NCBI RefSeq assembly: GCF_001194135.2
Contig: NC_068986.1
Coordinates: 99,413,711 to 99,477,710, forward strand
DNA from: Octopus bimaculoides
Lineage: Eukaryota
Reading direction: 5' to 3'
DNA length: 64,000 nt
Below, piece by piece: positions 23,636 to 36,670 of this stretch (the first letter of the stretch is position 1; each line of letters opens with the position of its first letter). The notes beneath the pieces were generated by a model. The model worked only from the letters and a program-made list of their open reading frames with translations, made no database searches and had not been told where the DNA came from. The position numbers and the translations under genes are program-made.

Positions 23636-24194
23636 GCAATGAAAACATAAATCTGAGTTTCCAAGATGATGCTCTGTTACTTGAAGACTAGCTTTGAATT
23701 AGTAAAACTACAAAAATGTTACACGAAATAGTACGTCTTCTATAATAAATACAGCTGCTTATTAATTCTATAAAATCTACATTATTAAGGAAATTCTTAA
23801 TAAAAAAAAAGAAAAATGGCGAACAATAAATATAATATAAAAAGTTTCAAGATAGGTGACTAAATTTTTTTAAAAGCTTTAGATATGGTAAAGAAATGTA
23901 GGAGGACGGTGTTATTATTAAACAAATTGGAAAAATATTATTCTTGGTAAAAGGGAAAAAAAGTTGTTTTGTCGAGATAATATAGCGTAAGAACACGAGC
24001 GCTTCCTTCTAAAGTAGCCCTATTACAACTTTCCAGTTTCCAACACCATTCATATGCCCGAGTCTCGTGTTTTCTTTGTATTGAAAATTGTCCTTCATCG
24101 CCTTACCCGTTGCGGAAAATACAGGGTGTAAATTAATGTTTAGTTTCATTGCATTGACGCTATTGCATAATTGTTTTAGTGTACCGGAAAAATA

Positions 24195-24440
24195 TGGAGA
24201 CGCATGGCCTAGTGTTTGGGGCATTGCATTCACGATCACAAGATCGTAGTTTTGACTACTGGGCTGGGTGATGCGTTTGTGTTCTTTAGCAAAACATTTC
24301 ATTTCCTGTTGTTCCAGTCTACACATCTTAAATGAGTAACCCTGCAACAGATTGACATTTCGTTCAGAGGGAATGTTGTGGAGTCGGTCACTCGTACGCC
24401 ATGGAAACTTAGTAGCATGCTCTGGTTCCTAGGTCACGAT
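24195..24440 (+). mobile_element. Degenerate family D SINE
   Basis: ggagacgcatggcctagtg head, gtgttctttagcaaaacatttcattt block, tail gagtaaccctgcaacagattgac...cgccatggaaac. Confidence 0.65.
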
Positions 24441-25443
24441 ACAGTTATGTCCAAGAATGTTGTTGTTGTTGATGTTGATGAAGAAGAAATACATTCAAAA
24501 GAGGTACACACTACTGGACATATTCTAGAGAATATTCTAAGAATATTCTATCAGAACATGCACCAACGATAACAATTAGAATCACTCTTACCACATTGTC
24601 GAAGATAAGCCAGAAATGCAAGTACATAGAACACCACCGAAGAATTGGTAACTAAACTGATTCCATTTTCCAGAACTTGCTCTATAAGAGCTTCTTTGCT
24701 CTATTTTCTCTTATGCTCCGTCGATACATTGGATTCTTAATCCACCACCACTGCTTGGGTCACATACTCTCATCTTAAGTATCACGAATTCATTGGCCAC
24801 GATATCTAACAAGCTGCTATCATTTTCGTCCGATATCCCTTTGTTCTTTAAACATCCCGTGGGTTCTGCACCGAAGCTATGATCTCGTTCAGTTTCTCCT
24901 CCGTAGTTTCTTCTATCTCAAAAGTTTTCCTGCAAGTCCTTCTTGTCAATACTATTGCAATTACAGCACGCATACACACCAATATTCACACGCTCACACA
25001 AACAGAAACGTCTATTCACATGTGTCCGAATAGGTGTCAGTCTATTCGTCTTTAGACGTATGTAAGTATCTGTGTGTGTATGTGTAAGTAAGTGTGCTTA
25101 GGTACTTTTACGCAGCATTTTATAAGTTGCTAATTAGTATCTCAGAGTCAAACCATTGACGTCACTATTGAATTATGAAATACTTAAATCATGTTTAGAG
25201 TTTTATTGGCAAATCTAAGCAACGTATTTATACATACACACACACACATATATATATGCAACTATATATATATACATGTAATATATACATGTATATATAT
25301 GTGTATATATTATAAATATTCTATATATACAAGCATATATGCATACGTATATACAAAAACATACATACACATACATACACACAGATAAAGTGAGCAGCGA
25401 TATTGTTCCTGCTCACTATACTTCGAAATTCTGGCAAAATGAC

Positions 25444-25477
<34 letters not shown>

Positions 25478-25579
25478 NNNNNNNNNNNNNNNNNNNNNNN
25501 NNNNNNNNNNNNNNNNNNNNNNNNNNNNNNNNNNNNNNNNNNNNNNNNNNNNNNNNNNNNNNNNNNNNNNNNNNNNNNN

Positions 25580-25617
<38 letters not shown>

Positions 25618-25875
25618 TGTGTATACGTATATATGTATTGTATATGCATATATATGTATAATATCTATCTATATATTATATACATACGCATGTATATATA
25701 TATATGTATGTATGTATGCACATGAATACACATATACTCGTCGCTTAGATTTTCGAAAACTGAGCTGTAAAATAGATTTATACATTACATAAGTTCAGTT
25801 GTGATGTGAAAGACATACGTACACGCATCCGCATGTATGTATGTATGTATGTATGTATGTATGTATGTATGTATG

Positions 25876-25906
<31 letters not shown>

Positions 25907-26922
25907 TCCTCTCATTCTTTCATTCTCTCTCTCTCTATCTATCTGTCTATTTGTCTGTCTTTATTTCCTTCTTTCAGTCTCTCTCTCTACACACACACAT
26001 ATATATCAAAGTGTTTTAAATATATAATACCAGAACATTCATTGAATAAAGTCAATACAGGTATAAACTCTTACATATATTAGAGAATACATCCATACAC
26101 ACGCGCACCCACATACATACTCAAGCAAATATGAAATTATAAGTAGACATATTGAAATAGACACATATATACATAAATAAATTGTTCTAAAGACAGCAAT
26201 TAATGTTGCTTTGCTGACTATAAGCTTGTTAACTACTTATAAATGCTGTCGTCTCATCTGGACGACGTGACACAGGCTGTAGAGCGAGCGATATAATCAT
26301 CGATTTCCTCAAACCAAAATCATAGAAATCCTCACGTGTGTCGATCGACCGGGGCATTGACATGTTGGTCTTGCTCAACGGAACTTAAATACGATCACTA
26401 TTATGTTAAAGAACTGATACTGAACTTCCTTGTAGATAACGCAATATGCATTGGGGAAGAGTATTTCTTGCTAATAGTGGTGCATGTATTAATGTATAGA
26501 ATTGATTCTGGCAAAACGGGTATTAAAACTGATTCAATATCTCGAATCACGCTAGATTGGACTCGCATAGCTATTATAACTAGCGGCTATCTGAAGATGT
26601 TTCAAAATGTCATAGTTGTGTGAATACTGTTTGATAAAGCAGACAAAATGAACCGTGATCAAAATAGCCATCTTTGTCATACTTAACAGAAATACACCGT
26701 TAACAAGAATGCTGCTGTTCATTTAAGGTTTGGCACGCTACAAGCATGTACACGTTATTGACAAATTTCAAGAAGGCCAAAATGTATCTGTTGTTCTCTC
26801 GAAACACTGGCGGAACGATTTCTTTCTCTCTCCCAAAATATTTTTTCTTTTTAAGATAGCATATCTATGAAGATACATATTTTCTCTTGGACGAAACATG
26901 TTCGTAACTACTCACAGAATGA

Positions 26923-27062
26923 AGTAGTTGTATGCTGTCAACTTAATGTGACAGTCCCCTGAAGGGAATAATCCTACTGTTGGTTAGACCTATTATTGTT
27001 ATTATTATTAGTATTATTCCCTTCAGGGGACTGTCAGATTAAGTTGACAGCATACAACTACT
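26923..27062. repeat. Long inverted repeat: 50-bp arms (49/50 complementary), 40-nt spacer
   Basis: agtagttgtatgctgtcaacttaatgtgacagtcccctgaagggaataat (26923-26972) vs attattcccttcaggggactgtcagattaagttgacagcatacaactact (27013-27062); only mismatch 26948/27037. Confidence 0.95.
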
Positions 27063-27313
27063 GCATAAATCTCTCTGAGAGATTTAGAAATGTATTATTT
27101 CTATATTCAAAGAATATAAGAACAAGCTGTTTTGATTTCTAATCTTTAATTTTTATTTCCTAATTCTTGACGTTCAAATTTTCATTTTGATAAGATTGAT
27201 ATACAAATCGAAACCGGTAATATTTTATAAAAGTCACTTAATGAGACAAATATAAAAATGCTTATCCTGTCCGATTAAAAGAAAGTAACAAGAAATTTTA
27301 GATATACTCCCGT

Positions 27314-27315
<2 letters not shown>

Positions 27316-27372
<57 letters not shown>
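27316..27372. repeat. (CT)n microsatellite
   Basis: Direct reading. Confidence 0.95.
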
Positions 27373-27378
<6 letters not shown>

Positions 27379-30300
27379 ACATATAGAGAGTATTCGTATG
27401 TCCATATTTATGTTGCATAGACATCAGGAAATTTTGATTTATTATCGAATTTTTATTCGCAATATAACTTATTCATATGACATAATTTCTGTTAGACTAA
27501 TTGATATAGCTGTTTTCTTAAAAAGATAGGTATCTAACTCCCTTATAAATGTAGAGGTTAATTTTGTCAATATTCACCTATAAGTAATAGACATAAGAAT
27601 TCATGATATGCAAAAGATTTAACAATAATAAATTGCTTGAGTAATATTTAGGGTGAGTGTAATTCATCCCGCCTGAATTTTTGAAAAGATTTTTAACTGA
27701 TCAGCCATTTTTTCTAAGATTGAACTCTTATTACAATTATGATATAATGAGAGCAGTACCTAGATTTTAAGAACTTGTACATCTCAATTAAATATTGTAT
27801 GTTATGCAATTATATTGACTATCTATTTTTAAAGAATATTTTTTTTTTAATATTTTCATTTCTTCATATTCTGCAGGTTCCAAATTTAATTAAGACATTT
27901 AATAAATATAATTTTTGTCTTTACTTGTTCAATATATGTTCCTTTGCTGACGGCAAGATGGTAAAATTTTAAAATTAAATTGTTTGCCCATTTAAAATGC
28001 AATCTTTAATATGAGATATATTCAGTTTAAATACAAAGACACTTTAAAAGAATTTTTAAAAATTATCAGAAAAATAAATGTTATATTGGGCGCTTTTTAA
28101 TTCGTTAACTTATTGAAATTTAGGTAGTCTTTCTAAGTGAAGACTTCATAAATTATCTTTTAAAAATATTGTTTGCCTAAAAAACATTTAAAAGTGTTTT
28201 ATTTCATGTTTTGCTAACTCAGTACATATTTACATTTGCTTAGAAGAGTTCTTTATAAACAACGTTTATCGTTTTGATGTGTCGTTGTGGCTGATTTGAA
28301 GGAGACTTGTCTAATACTTTTAGCAGATCAAGTAACCGCATAATGGCTCTTATATTTGTGAATATGTGAATGTGTGTTAGTATTATTTTGTTTATGTTAG
28401 TAATATCATAGTAATATTTGTGGCTGAAGACAACGTCAAAGGGAATTTTCTTTCATCAAATAATTTTGTCCACAATATAAATATAATATTTCAATGAAAT
28501 GCCTTACTCGAAATTTCTTCGTATATAAGTAAAATGGTAAATGATAAATTTCAGTGAATAATTTTTAGTCAAGATAAAGAATCTTTCCGTGATTTTAAAT
28601 TTAGTTAGTTCTGTATATTGTCAACTCTATGTAGAAAATGTATCTTTCATACCAACAGCAGAAAACGACTGTCTTACTATCTAAAGATTTTGTAAAAGAA
28701 CTTACCCGCCTGAGAAATATATAATTTCAAATGAAAGAAAGAACAATGTTTAATTCAAAGTTTAATTCACAACAGAATTAACTGTTTCACTGTGTGAAAG
28801 TTTTAGAGAATCTACAGCTATTTTACAACCATTCTTTTTCTTATTCCATTGCCACTTCTTTATCTTTTACCTCTCAATCGATTGTAGTTAAGAGTAAAAT
28901 ATTCATGACCGTTTGACATTGAATAACTTTGAACATCAAGTGTGGCGTCATTCAGATTATGTATTGTGACGTCACTGAAGTCATAAGACTTGAAAATGTT
29001 CAGGATCTGATGATAAAGTCTGAATTACGGAGTGACAAATGAAAAGAAAGACAATAAACACTGCTCTTTTAAAATTATGATTATACGATTAAAAAGCTTA
29101 AATTTTTACAATGGCCGTCTGATAATAGCTAGCCTCAGATGTTTAATTTCTCTCTTTTTCTTTTAAATGAGGTTGTTTTTGTCACTGAATTTTGTATAAA
29201 TAACAGGTCACATACAATATTTATGGTATTTGGTCTCTGAAGTGAGTTGGAAACGACTGAGGGAAACTTAGTGCTTATAAACACACTAAAGTTTTACCTG
29301 TCATAAGACAGGTAACTTTGGAAGTATACCTTTGCCATCATGGGTAATATCAGGAAATATGGAACACGTACTATAATCATAATTTAACTTTCATCAAATT
29401 TCTGGCTGCTTATACAAAGTTATGAAATGAATTTTCGAAACGAAAATTTTTTTTACTTTAAAATATAATTAAATAAAAGAAATTTGTCATTTGCATATTT
29501 TCGCCCGTAACTATTCTGTAATTTACTCCCTCTCCTCCTTCTTTGATTCTGTGATTCTTTCTCATTCTGCTTGTGTCGTTGTGTGTGTAGTGTTCCTTTA
29601 CTCATTATCTGCCACCAAGCCTAGTACGTTAATTCTCTCTGTTACTTTTTTACTCCTTCTTACCCTGTCTCTATACGGTAAAGAGTATAAATGGAGAAAT
29701 CAACCAATGAACATTTGCTATTATTATATAGAAATAAAACTATGTGTTTTAGTATGTATTGGATTATGCACCGAATAGTGGCCTTTTTATTTATTCTGCT
29801 ATGACTATATTCTAGATAAACGTATATATTATAGTTTCTATAATGTCGCGCTTTTCGAAACACAAAATCAACCACAGAAAATTTCAAGTTAAAAAATTGC
29901 TGTTCTTTCCAGAAAATTCTTCATTCAAACATCATTGCAAAAGGCAGATTTATTTAAAATAAGTGAAATGGTAGGCTGTTTATTTTGAATGAAACGACGG
30001 CTGTATCTTTTGAATGAGATGGCTACCGATAAGTGATAAATTCGGATGTAAATCTAATCGAATCCAGTAACCGAACTCTTTACTTCCCAACTTCGAGGAC
30101 GACATTTTTGTCCTTATTAAGCGTGTTCAAGATATATATGAATCTTTTTTCAGTAAGATTTTAAAAGGAAAATAAAGAACTTTCGCAATTCAGCGAATAT
30201 ATATAATTTTTTCTCTAATGAAACTAGAAATCTGGATCATGTAAGTCCGTTTATCAACAACAATCTGAGTAGAAATGGTATAAGCTCTTTATACAGGAAT

Positions 30301-30767
30301 ACCAACTTGAATTCTGTAAAGAAAATTTAGTAATTCACTTCAGAACTCTACAGATGTAAAACTGAATCTCTGAATCCTCAACATCCATGAATTAGATTTC
30401 AATTGGAACCAATCTGTCTGATAAATCCATCTAAATATGGTATTGATAAAATTAGTCAGGGAATAATTTCCAAGTGAAAAACAAAGAAAAAAAAGCCCAA
30501 AATCGCAGTTGAATTTATAGATTAATCAATCAGAAGTGATAGATCTGTTTTGTAACATAGATAATTCCGTATTAGGTTTCTACAATTTCACTACATAACA
30601 TCTATGCATCTGTTACGGGATTTCTAGCAGATAAAGCCATTACTTATGCTACAACTATAACGAACACAGATTTTAGAATTAGTGTTACGTTACAGTCAAG
30701 AGAAAACAGTTAATAACTTCAGTCACTCATCATGGATAAAGAAATCAACCAGTAATCCAATGTAACA

Positions 30768-30918
30768 GCAGGAGTGGCTATGTGGTAAGTGGCTTGCTTA
30801 CTAATCACATGGTACCGGGTTCAGTCCCACTGTGTGACACCTTGTCTTCTATTAAAGCGTCGGGCCGACCAAAGCCTTGTGAGTGGATTTGGTAGATGGA
30901 AACTGAAAAGAAACCGTC

Positions 30919-30963
<45 letters not shown>

Positions 30964-31135
30964 TGTATATGTTAGCGTATGTCCCCCAACATCGCCTGAC
31001 AACCGATGCTGGTGTGTTTACGTCCACGTCACTTAGCGGTTCGGCAAGAGAAACCGCTAGAATAAGTACTAGGCTTACAAGGAATAAGTCCTGGGGCCGC
31101 AGTCAAATGACTGAAACAAATAAAAGAAAAAAAAA
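30768..31135 (+). mobile_element. Family F SINE with internal (TA)n microsatellite
   Basis: gcaggagtggctatgtggtaag...gggttcagtccc...gccgaccaaagccttgtgagtggatttggtag...gaaaccgtcg(ta)n...gaataagtactaggcttac...gactgaaac; 3' internal deletion. Confidence 0.92.
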
Positions 31136-31379
31136 GAATGTGCAAAGTGATTCGGTGGATGTTACTGAACTTAACTGGAATTTATATAATAAATAACTGT
31201 ATAAACTGCACGAGTGTATATACTAAATGAATGTTTATACTACATGAATATATGTATATTACATGAATGTACCGCAGCAACTAAAAGGAAAAGATTCATA
31301 TGTTTAAGAAAAGATTATATTGAGATTATGGATTAACAATGCTTACTAGCTGTAAACCACGTAGTACAGTTAGAATTGT

Positions 31380-32100
31380 GAAGGATCGCTATAAGTTTAA
31401 AGATTAAGGACTTAGAACAATTTTAATACCTTAATACGGTCAACGTTCTAGATGCCAGTACAGACTCAATGTAATCTAACTTCCTTATTGAAAACCTAAT
31501 GCACTATTAAAATATATCATTAACAAATGGTCTCAACCACCTACAAATTATAATCAGGAACTTGCTTAAGAACATATTCCTCAGAGCAATTAGTATATGT
31601 AATAATGAGCAAATTGTTAATGATTATTCCTTTCTTAGAAACGGATTTAAAGATAAAATTCCTTAATTCCATTCTTAAATAGAGTTAAGAACAGTTGAAA
31701 TATCCAGATCTCCTGGAGTGATCCTCCTCATAATTCAGAAGCAATTGCTAGAATGCCTTAAATATTTTATATCTGTTTAGCATAAATTTTCCCTCTCAGA
31801 ATAAATGCCATAAATATTTTTTATAAAAATGGTGTGAACTAATCCCGTATTGTTATGGTCAATTAAACATAAAGGATACTACAAAGGATAATACAAAACT
31901 TGATTCGCTTTAGCTAAATGAATAAAAATCGCTCTAGTGATAACACAAACTAAAATTGTACTAACCAAAATAAGTGTTCTCTTAACTCTAACTGCTTTGC
32001 TATAGGAATAGTTTACTATGATTTTGTTATTCAACTGCTTGTAAGCCATACATAAGTTTAGCTACTAATAAATTCAGGATAAGAAAATGGTATTACCATT
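31380..32100 (+). mobile_element. Decayed Penelope-like fragment (RT thumb/linker)
   Basis: LNHLQIIIRNLLKNIFLRAISICNNEQIVNDYSFLRNGF resembles PLE SNHPxxIxxNIxxxxFxRAxxICS...FxxNGY. Confidence 0.5.
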
Positions 32101-33254
32101 TAGTTTTAAGAGCCCTACTAGAAAAGTTCAACGTCTGTATATACATTTGGTGCATTGAATCATTTTGACCATGGAAAAATCTTACATTCGTAAGAAAATG
32201 CAATGCAGCTTATGTACTGCTGAAGAGATGGAGGTCTTATTTGCTAAATATTCAGTGATTAAAAAGAAATTTAGAAATAATTATGTTGTTTAATTATAAA
32301 ATATCTATAATTTATGTGCATTAAATACCAACTGAGTACCTCTACGATGACTAATATAACTATTACGATTACAATGGTTTGTTATATCATTATTAAACTA
32401 AACGATCCCGACAATTGATACGTATTCTACATACCTCTAAGAAGTAATTCTTTTAATGTTTTATCTTTTATTGTTGGATTACTCTATCCCTTTATGATAA
32501 TAGCTGATATAAATGTTGGTTGATTTCTGCAGTCCGTTTTATATCGTTTATGAAAACGGGGAGAGGGGAGTAAGATAAAGATTCGGTGCCAATTCACATA
32601 AAAGGTACAAAATGAGTGTACATACTAAGCTTGCTGACAGACAATGAGTAAAGAAACGCTACACACAGTGAAAAAAGAAAACTAAGGAGACAGAGGAAGA
32701 AGAGGAAGTAGAGGAGGAGGAGAGAGAAAGTAAATGACTGAAGTTATGGGAGAAGTTACCCAAATGTCCAGCCTTGCGTGTACATATGCAATTCATGGTA
32801 TATTCTGACCAACGGAATCTATAGAATAATAAAGAATAGTGATTAAGATGACATTTTTATTCATAACTTTGACTTACTGTTATAATAACACTTTAATTGG
32901 ACTACCCATGCTAATGTACAGTATTCGTATATTAATATTTGAGTAGTATAGATAGAGACAATAAAACTTTTATCTATAATAAAATTTTTATTCTTACTAT
33001 AATTTATTCATAAGTCACTGTTTGATTGTTTCAACGATTAATGACATTGCGAAACTAGACTAATTGATATAGCGTGACTTATTTTCTGAAATAGATATGT
33101 ATCTAACACTCATTAATATTTAACGTTAATCAATAAATAAAAGTAATAACTTAGGAATTTATGATATACGAAAGGGTTAAATTAGTAATAAATTGATTTA
33201 CTAATTGTCCACATTGGACGTTTGGACAAAACTATTTCTGCAAAGACTGAATAT

Positions 33255-33676
33255 AATAATTCTTTCTGCACAAGGCCTTGATTTAAGAGAAGGGTCTCAT
33301 CGATTACATCGACCAGTGATTGACTGGTACTTATTTTATCGACCACAAAAGAATGAAAGGCAAAGCTGACCTTAGCGGAACTCGAACTCAAAACGTAAAG
33401 CCGGAATGAAATATCGCTAGGCATTTCATCCTGCATGCTAACGATTTTGCCCGTTCCCCTTCCTTAATAGTCTCACTGTTGCCACAAGGTCAGCAATTTT
33501 AAAGGAGGTATTAGTCGATAACATCGACCCCAGAGCACAGCTGGTACTTATTTTACCGAACCCTAAACAATGAAACGCAAGGCTGATCTCGGCGGGATCT
33601 GAACTCAAAATGGAAAAAAAGTGTTGCTAAGTTTTATGTCCGATGCGTTAACGAGTCAGCCACCTCGCCACCTTAA
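33255..33676 (-). mobile_element. Two tandem family E SINE copies
   Basis: Two ctggtacttatttt...gaaaggcaaag...gaactcaaaa...gctaacga units on the minus strand. Confidence 0.8.
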
Positions 33677-34792
33677 GCGATTATAGCAGAAGGCATGTAA
33701 TACCTAAATTTTCTGAGCAATTAGTATTCAAATAAGTGACGGGAGAATATCTAGGATGATATCCAATGTGTCCTATTTTAAAGTCGGTGTGATTTGATGT
33801 TGATTTGGTTGCTATTTCTAGTAGATCGAATTGCTATGCAAATCACCCACTAAAACTACTGGCTCCTTGCCAGAATTTAAAGCAGTTATTTATAACTGAC
33901 TTCATAAACGCTACTTTTTCTTCAAAGTACCACGTCTTTTCTGCTCAAAAAGTTTTTTTTTTTATATTTCTGGATAATTTATATGAATGGAGATAGTTCC
34001 TTCATGCAGACCAGTCGTAATATATTTTTATAAAGTTAAGTGAAATTTAAATGTAACTAAAATGAATAATCTACATATCTAAGTCACAGGAGTCGGACAT
34101 GAAAGAAAATATTTCTAAAATAATGTCAAATGAACTTATGAGTCCCATGCTATTTAAAAAATGATTCTAATTTATATGCTATTTAAATGCAGGCTATTTA
34201 TACAACTACACTTGCATGGCCGGTATTTTAGTCTCGATAATTATATCGTAATTTTTCTTCTCCATTGAATCAACCTTTTGTTTTTTTTTATGTCTAAATA
34301 ACTATTATAAAGAAAATGGATGGGCCATGCTATAGTAGTTTATTGAATGAGTCAGGTTTTGAAGCATTTTGAAATAAATTTAATGTAGACGTCGCTAGGA
34401 AGATATATTCTTCATAAAAATAATTATCATACTAATTGAAGTAGTTTATGAATAGAGAAAATTATCTATGAGACTTAAACGGTACGGTTGATGGTGGTGG
34501 AGGAGCTTTTTAAATTTCAATCGAGTAAATGAACAATCAAATCGTTTTCTCTGCCTCAGTCTGTCTGCTCTTTTTCTTAGAAAAAAAAAATACTAAAAAA
34601 AGAAACCTAGTTCAAATAATATTTTTAATTGTATGGTTCGGAAGAGGGGTTTGTGCACTTGACCATTGCAGACATTCCAAGGCCACACAGACTGACCAAT
34701 GCCGGTAACTGTCCGTTTCAATGGCTGAAGGTTGCAGCAAGAGAATTCCAGAAAGTCGACGTTCTGAATGGAATTAGTCAGTGTGGGAACCA

Positions 34793-35075
34793 GTGAAGGC
34801 GCGTGGCTTAGTGGTTAGGGCATTCGACTCACGATCGTAAGGTCGTGAGTTCAATTCCTAGCGACGCGTTGTGTCCTTGAGCAAGACACTTTATTTCACG
34901 ATGCTCCAGTCCACTCAACTGGCAAAAATGAGTGGTACCTGTATATCAAAAAGCCGGCCTTGTCACACTTTGTGTCATGCTGAATCTCCCTGAGAACTAC
35001 GTTAGGAATACACGTGTCTGTGGATTGCTCAGTCACTTGTACATTAATTTCACGAGCAAGCTGTTCCGTTGTTCC
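34793..35075 (+). mobile_element. tRNA-derived SINE, local family C (head 2 + family A tail)
   Basis: gtgaaggcgcgtggcttagtggttaggg...gagttcaattcc...gtgtccttgagcaagacac, then ccttgtcacactttgtgtcatgctgaatctccctgagaactacgttagg...gctgttccgttg as in family A. Confidence 0.9.
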
Positions 35076-35099
35076 GTTGTAGGATCCAGCGCGCGCGTG

Positions 35100-36470
35100 T
35101 GTGCCTGGGTTAGTGTTAGAGTTAGTGCAGAATTTAGGTTGGTAGACATAGTATCGATGATAAGAGGTAAGACGAATGAATCGACAGTGCTTGGGTGAAG
35201 ATGGCGTGTTTATGAGCTAGATCAGCGGAGTAGAGGCTACTATGGTAGCAATAGAAAAGGAAGAGAGAAAATGTATCTATGAGCAGTTGGTGGAGCGTTG
35301 GTCAGTGGGTTAATGCGTAAGTAATCGAATAATTTTCATCGGAAGCGGCCTATGATGTCTATGACTGTAGCAGATAAGGGAATAGTACTTTATTGTAGGT
35401 CTCACATGAGCTTTCAGATAGTTATCATTAATGGGGGTGGAGGCGACGAGCTGTCAGAATCAATGAAATGCTTAGCGGCATTTCACCCGCCGTTACGTTC
35501 TGAGTTCAAATTCCGCCGTGGTCGACTTCGCCTTTCATCCTTTTGAAGTCGACAAATTAAGTACCAGTGAAACACTAGGTTGATGTAATCGACTAGTCCC
35601 CTCCCACCAAATTCCAGGCCTTTAGTAGAAGGGATTATTAACGGGGAATGAAGAACTTTCTGCTTCTGGAAAGTATTGTAGAGACATAGTCTTTGTTATG
35701 TTGAGGATATTTGTACGTCAAAATAAATACTTAATATATTGAAGTTTAGCATTTGAAGCAATGGTAAAGATTCTAATTTCGCGCTGAGGTGCAATAATGC
35801 TTGTTTGCTTGTTTGACATGCACACGGTGAGTGTAATTGTTTTTTTTTGCCGTTGAAGAAGCAAAGAAATGACATGATTTCGGTGGAAGTAGTTTTCTAG
35901 GTCCCTGTTCATGGAATCAATGTAAATTTTTCGTGAGATATCTCGGTTGTACATAGACGAGGCTGGATGCGTTAGGTCAGGGAGAAATGACCAATGGTAA
36001 CATTTGCATAAGAATGAGCGTTGTTAGACATTGACAAGTAGGTAGTTGATGCATAGAAGGAAGTGAGAAACAAAACCGAATCTGAGTTGTTAGAGTCTAG
36101 GTCGTAAAGTTCTCCATCTATATACACCAAAATACTGCGATTTGACGGGAAGATTTAACTCCAAGAGACAAGGTTGAAGGGTATCCATAAACCCGATAAA
36201 TTTGGTTCGTTGACTCATGCGCAAGACAGTGTCGAAATTTTTTCTGATGCTGAGAACAAAAACACGGCTTTTATCAAGTTTATTGAAGGTAGGATCTACT
36301 TGGAACAGGTCTTCAATAGATCTAGAAGGATCTTAATAAAATATATCTAGAATAGATCTTAAAGGTTTGGAGAAGTAGGTTCATTAATGATTATCTCTGT
36401 CACCATCGCAATACTGGAAGTGACATAAGACTTATTTGGTAGGATCAGATGGGCTGTCTTTCTTGGAATG
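35100..36470 (-). mobile_element. Possible highly decayed Penelope-like N-terminal region
   Basis: Minus strand SHFLLCINYLLVNV*QRSFLCKCYHWSFLP resembles the PLE N-terminal HxxFLxxC...IPxG motif; long purine-rich plus strand; weak. Confidence 0.3.
35440..35640 (+). mobile_element. Family E SINE with TSD-like flanks
   Basis: aggcgacgagctgtcagaatc...gagttcaaattccgccg...agtagaagggattatt; flanks attaatgggg / attaacgggg. Confidence 0.88.
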
Positions 36471-36550
36471 GAACAATATTGCCTATTTATAAAGTGGAGG
36501 ATATATATATACTGTGTGTGTGTGTGTGCATGTGTGTGTGTGAGAGAGAA

Positions 36551-36584
36551 AGATATCAAGGAGAGAGAGAGAGAGAGAGAGAGA

Positions 36585-36644
<60 letters not shown>

Positions 36645-36670
36645 GAGAGAGAGAGAGAGAGAGAGGAGAA
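36551..36670. repeat. (GA)n microsatellite
   Basis: Direct reading. Confidence 0.95.

Noticed and set aside
26855-26905. atgaaga...cGAAACATGTT next to the long inverted repeat
   Set aside because: Stems I and II do not pair and position 3 is not compensated.
28966-28975. Perfect CRE palindrome gtgacgtcac (also tgacgtca at 25157)
   Set aside because: Isolated 8-10-mers are expected by chance in 64 kb; no supporting context.
29004-29024. TGATGA...CTGA C/D-box-like motifs
   Set aside because: Boxes are only 6 nt apart, too close for a snoRNA.
29288-29319. 9-bp + 4-bp hairpin ttacctgtc/gacaggtaa
   Set aside because: Too short for a pre-miRNA and not matching a known miRNA; chance-level.
34635-34796. 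Stop-free ~54-codon stretch YGSEEGFVHLTIADIPRPHRL...
   Set aside because: No start codon, no convincing splice acceptor, no recognisable homology.
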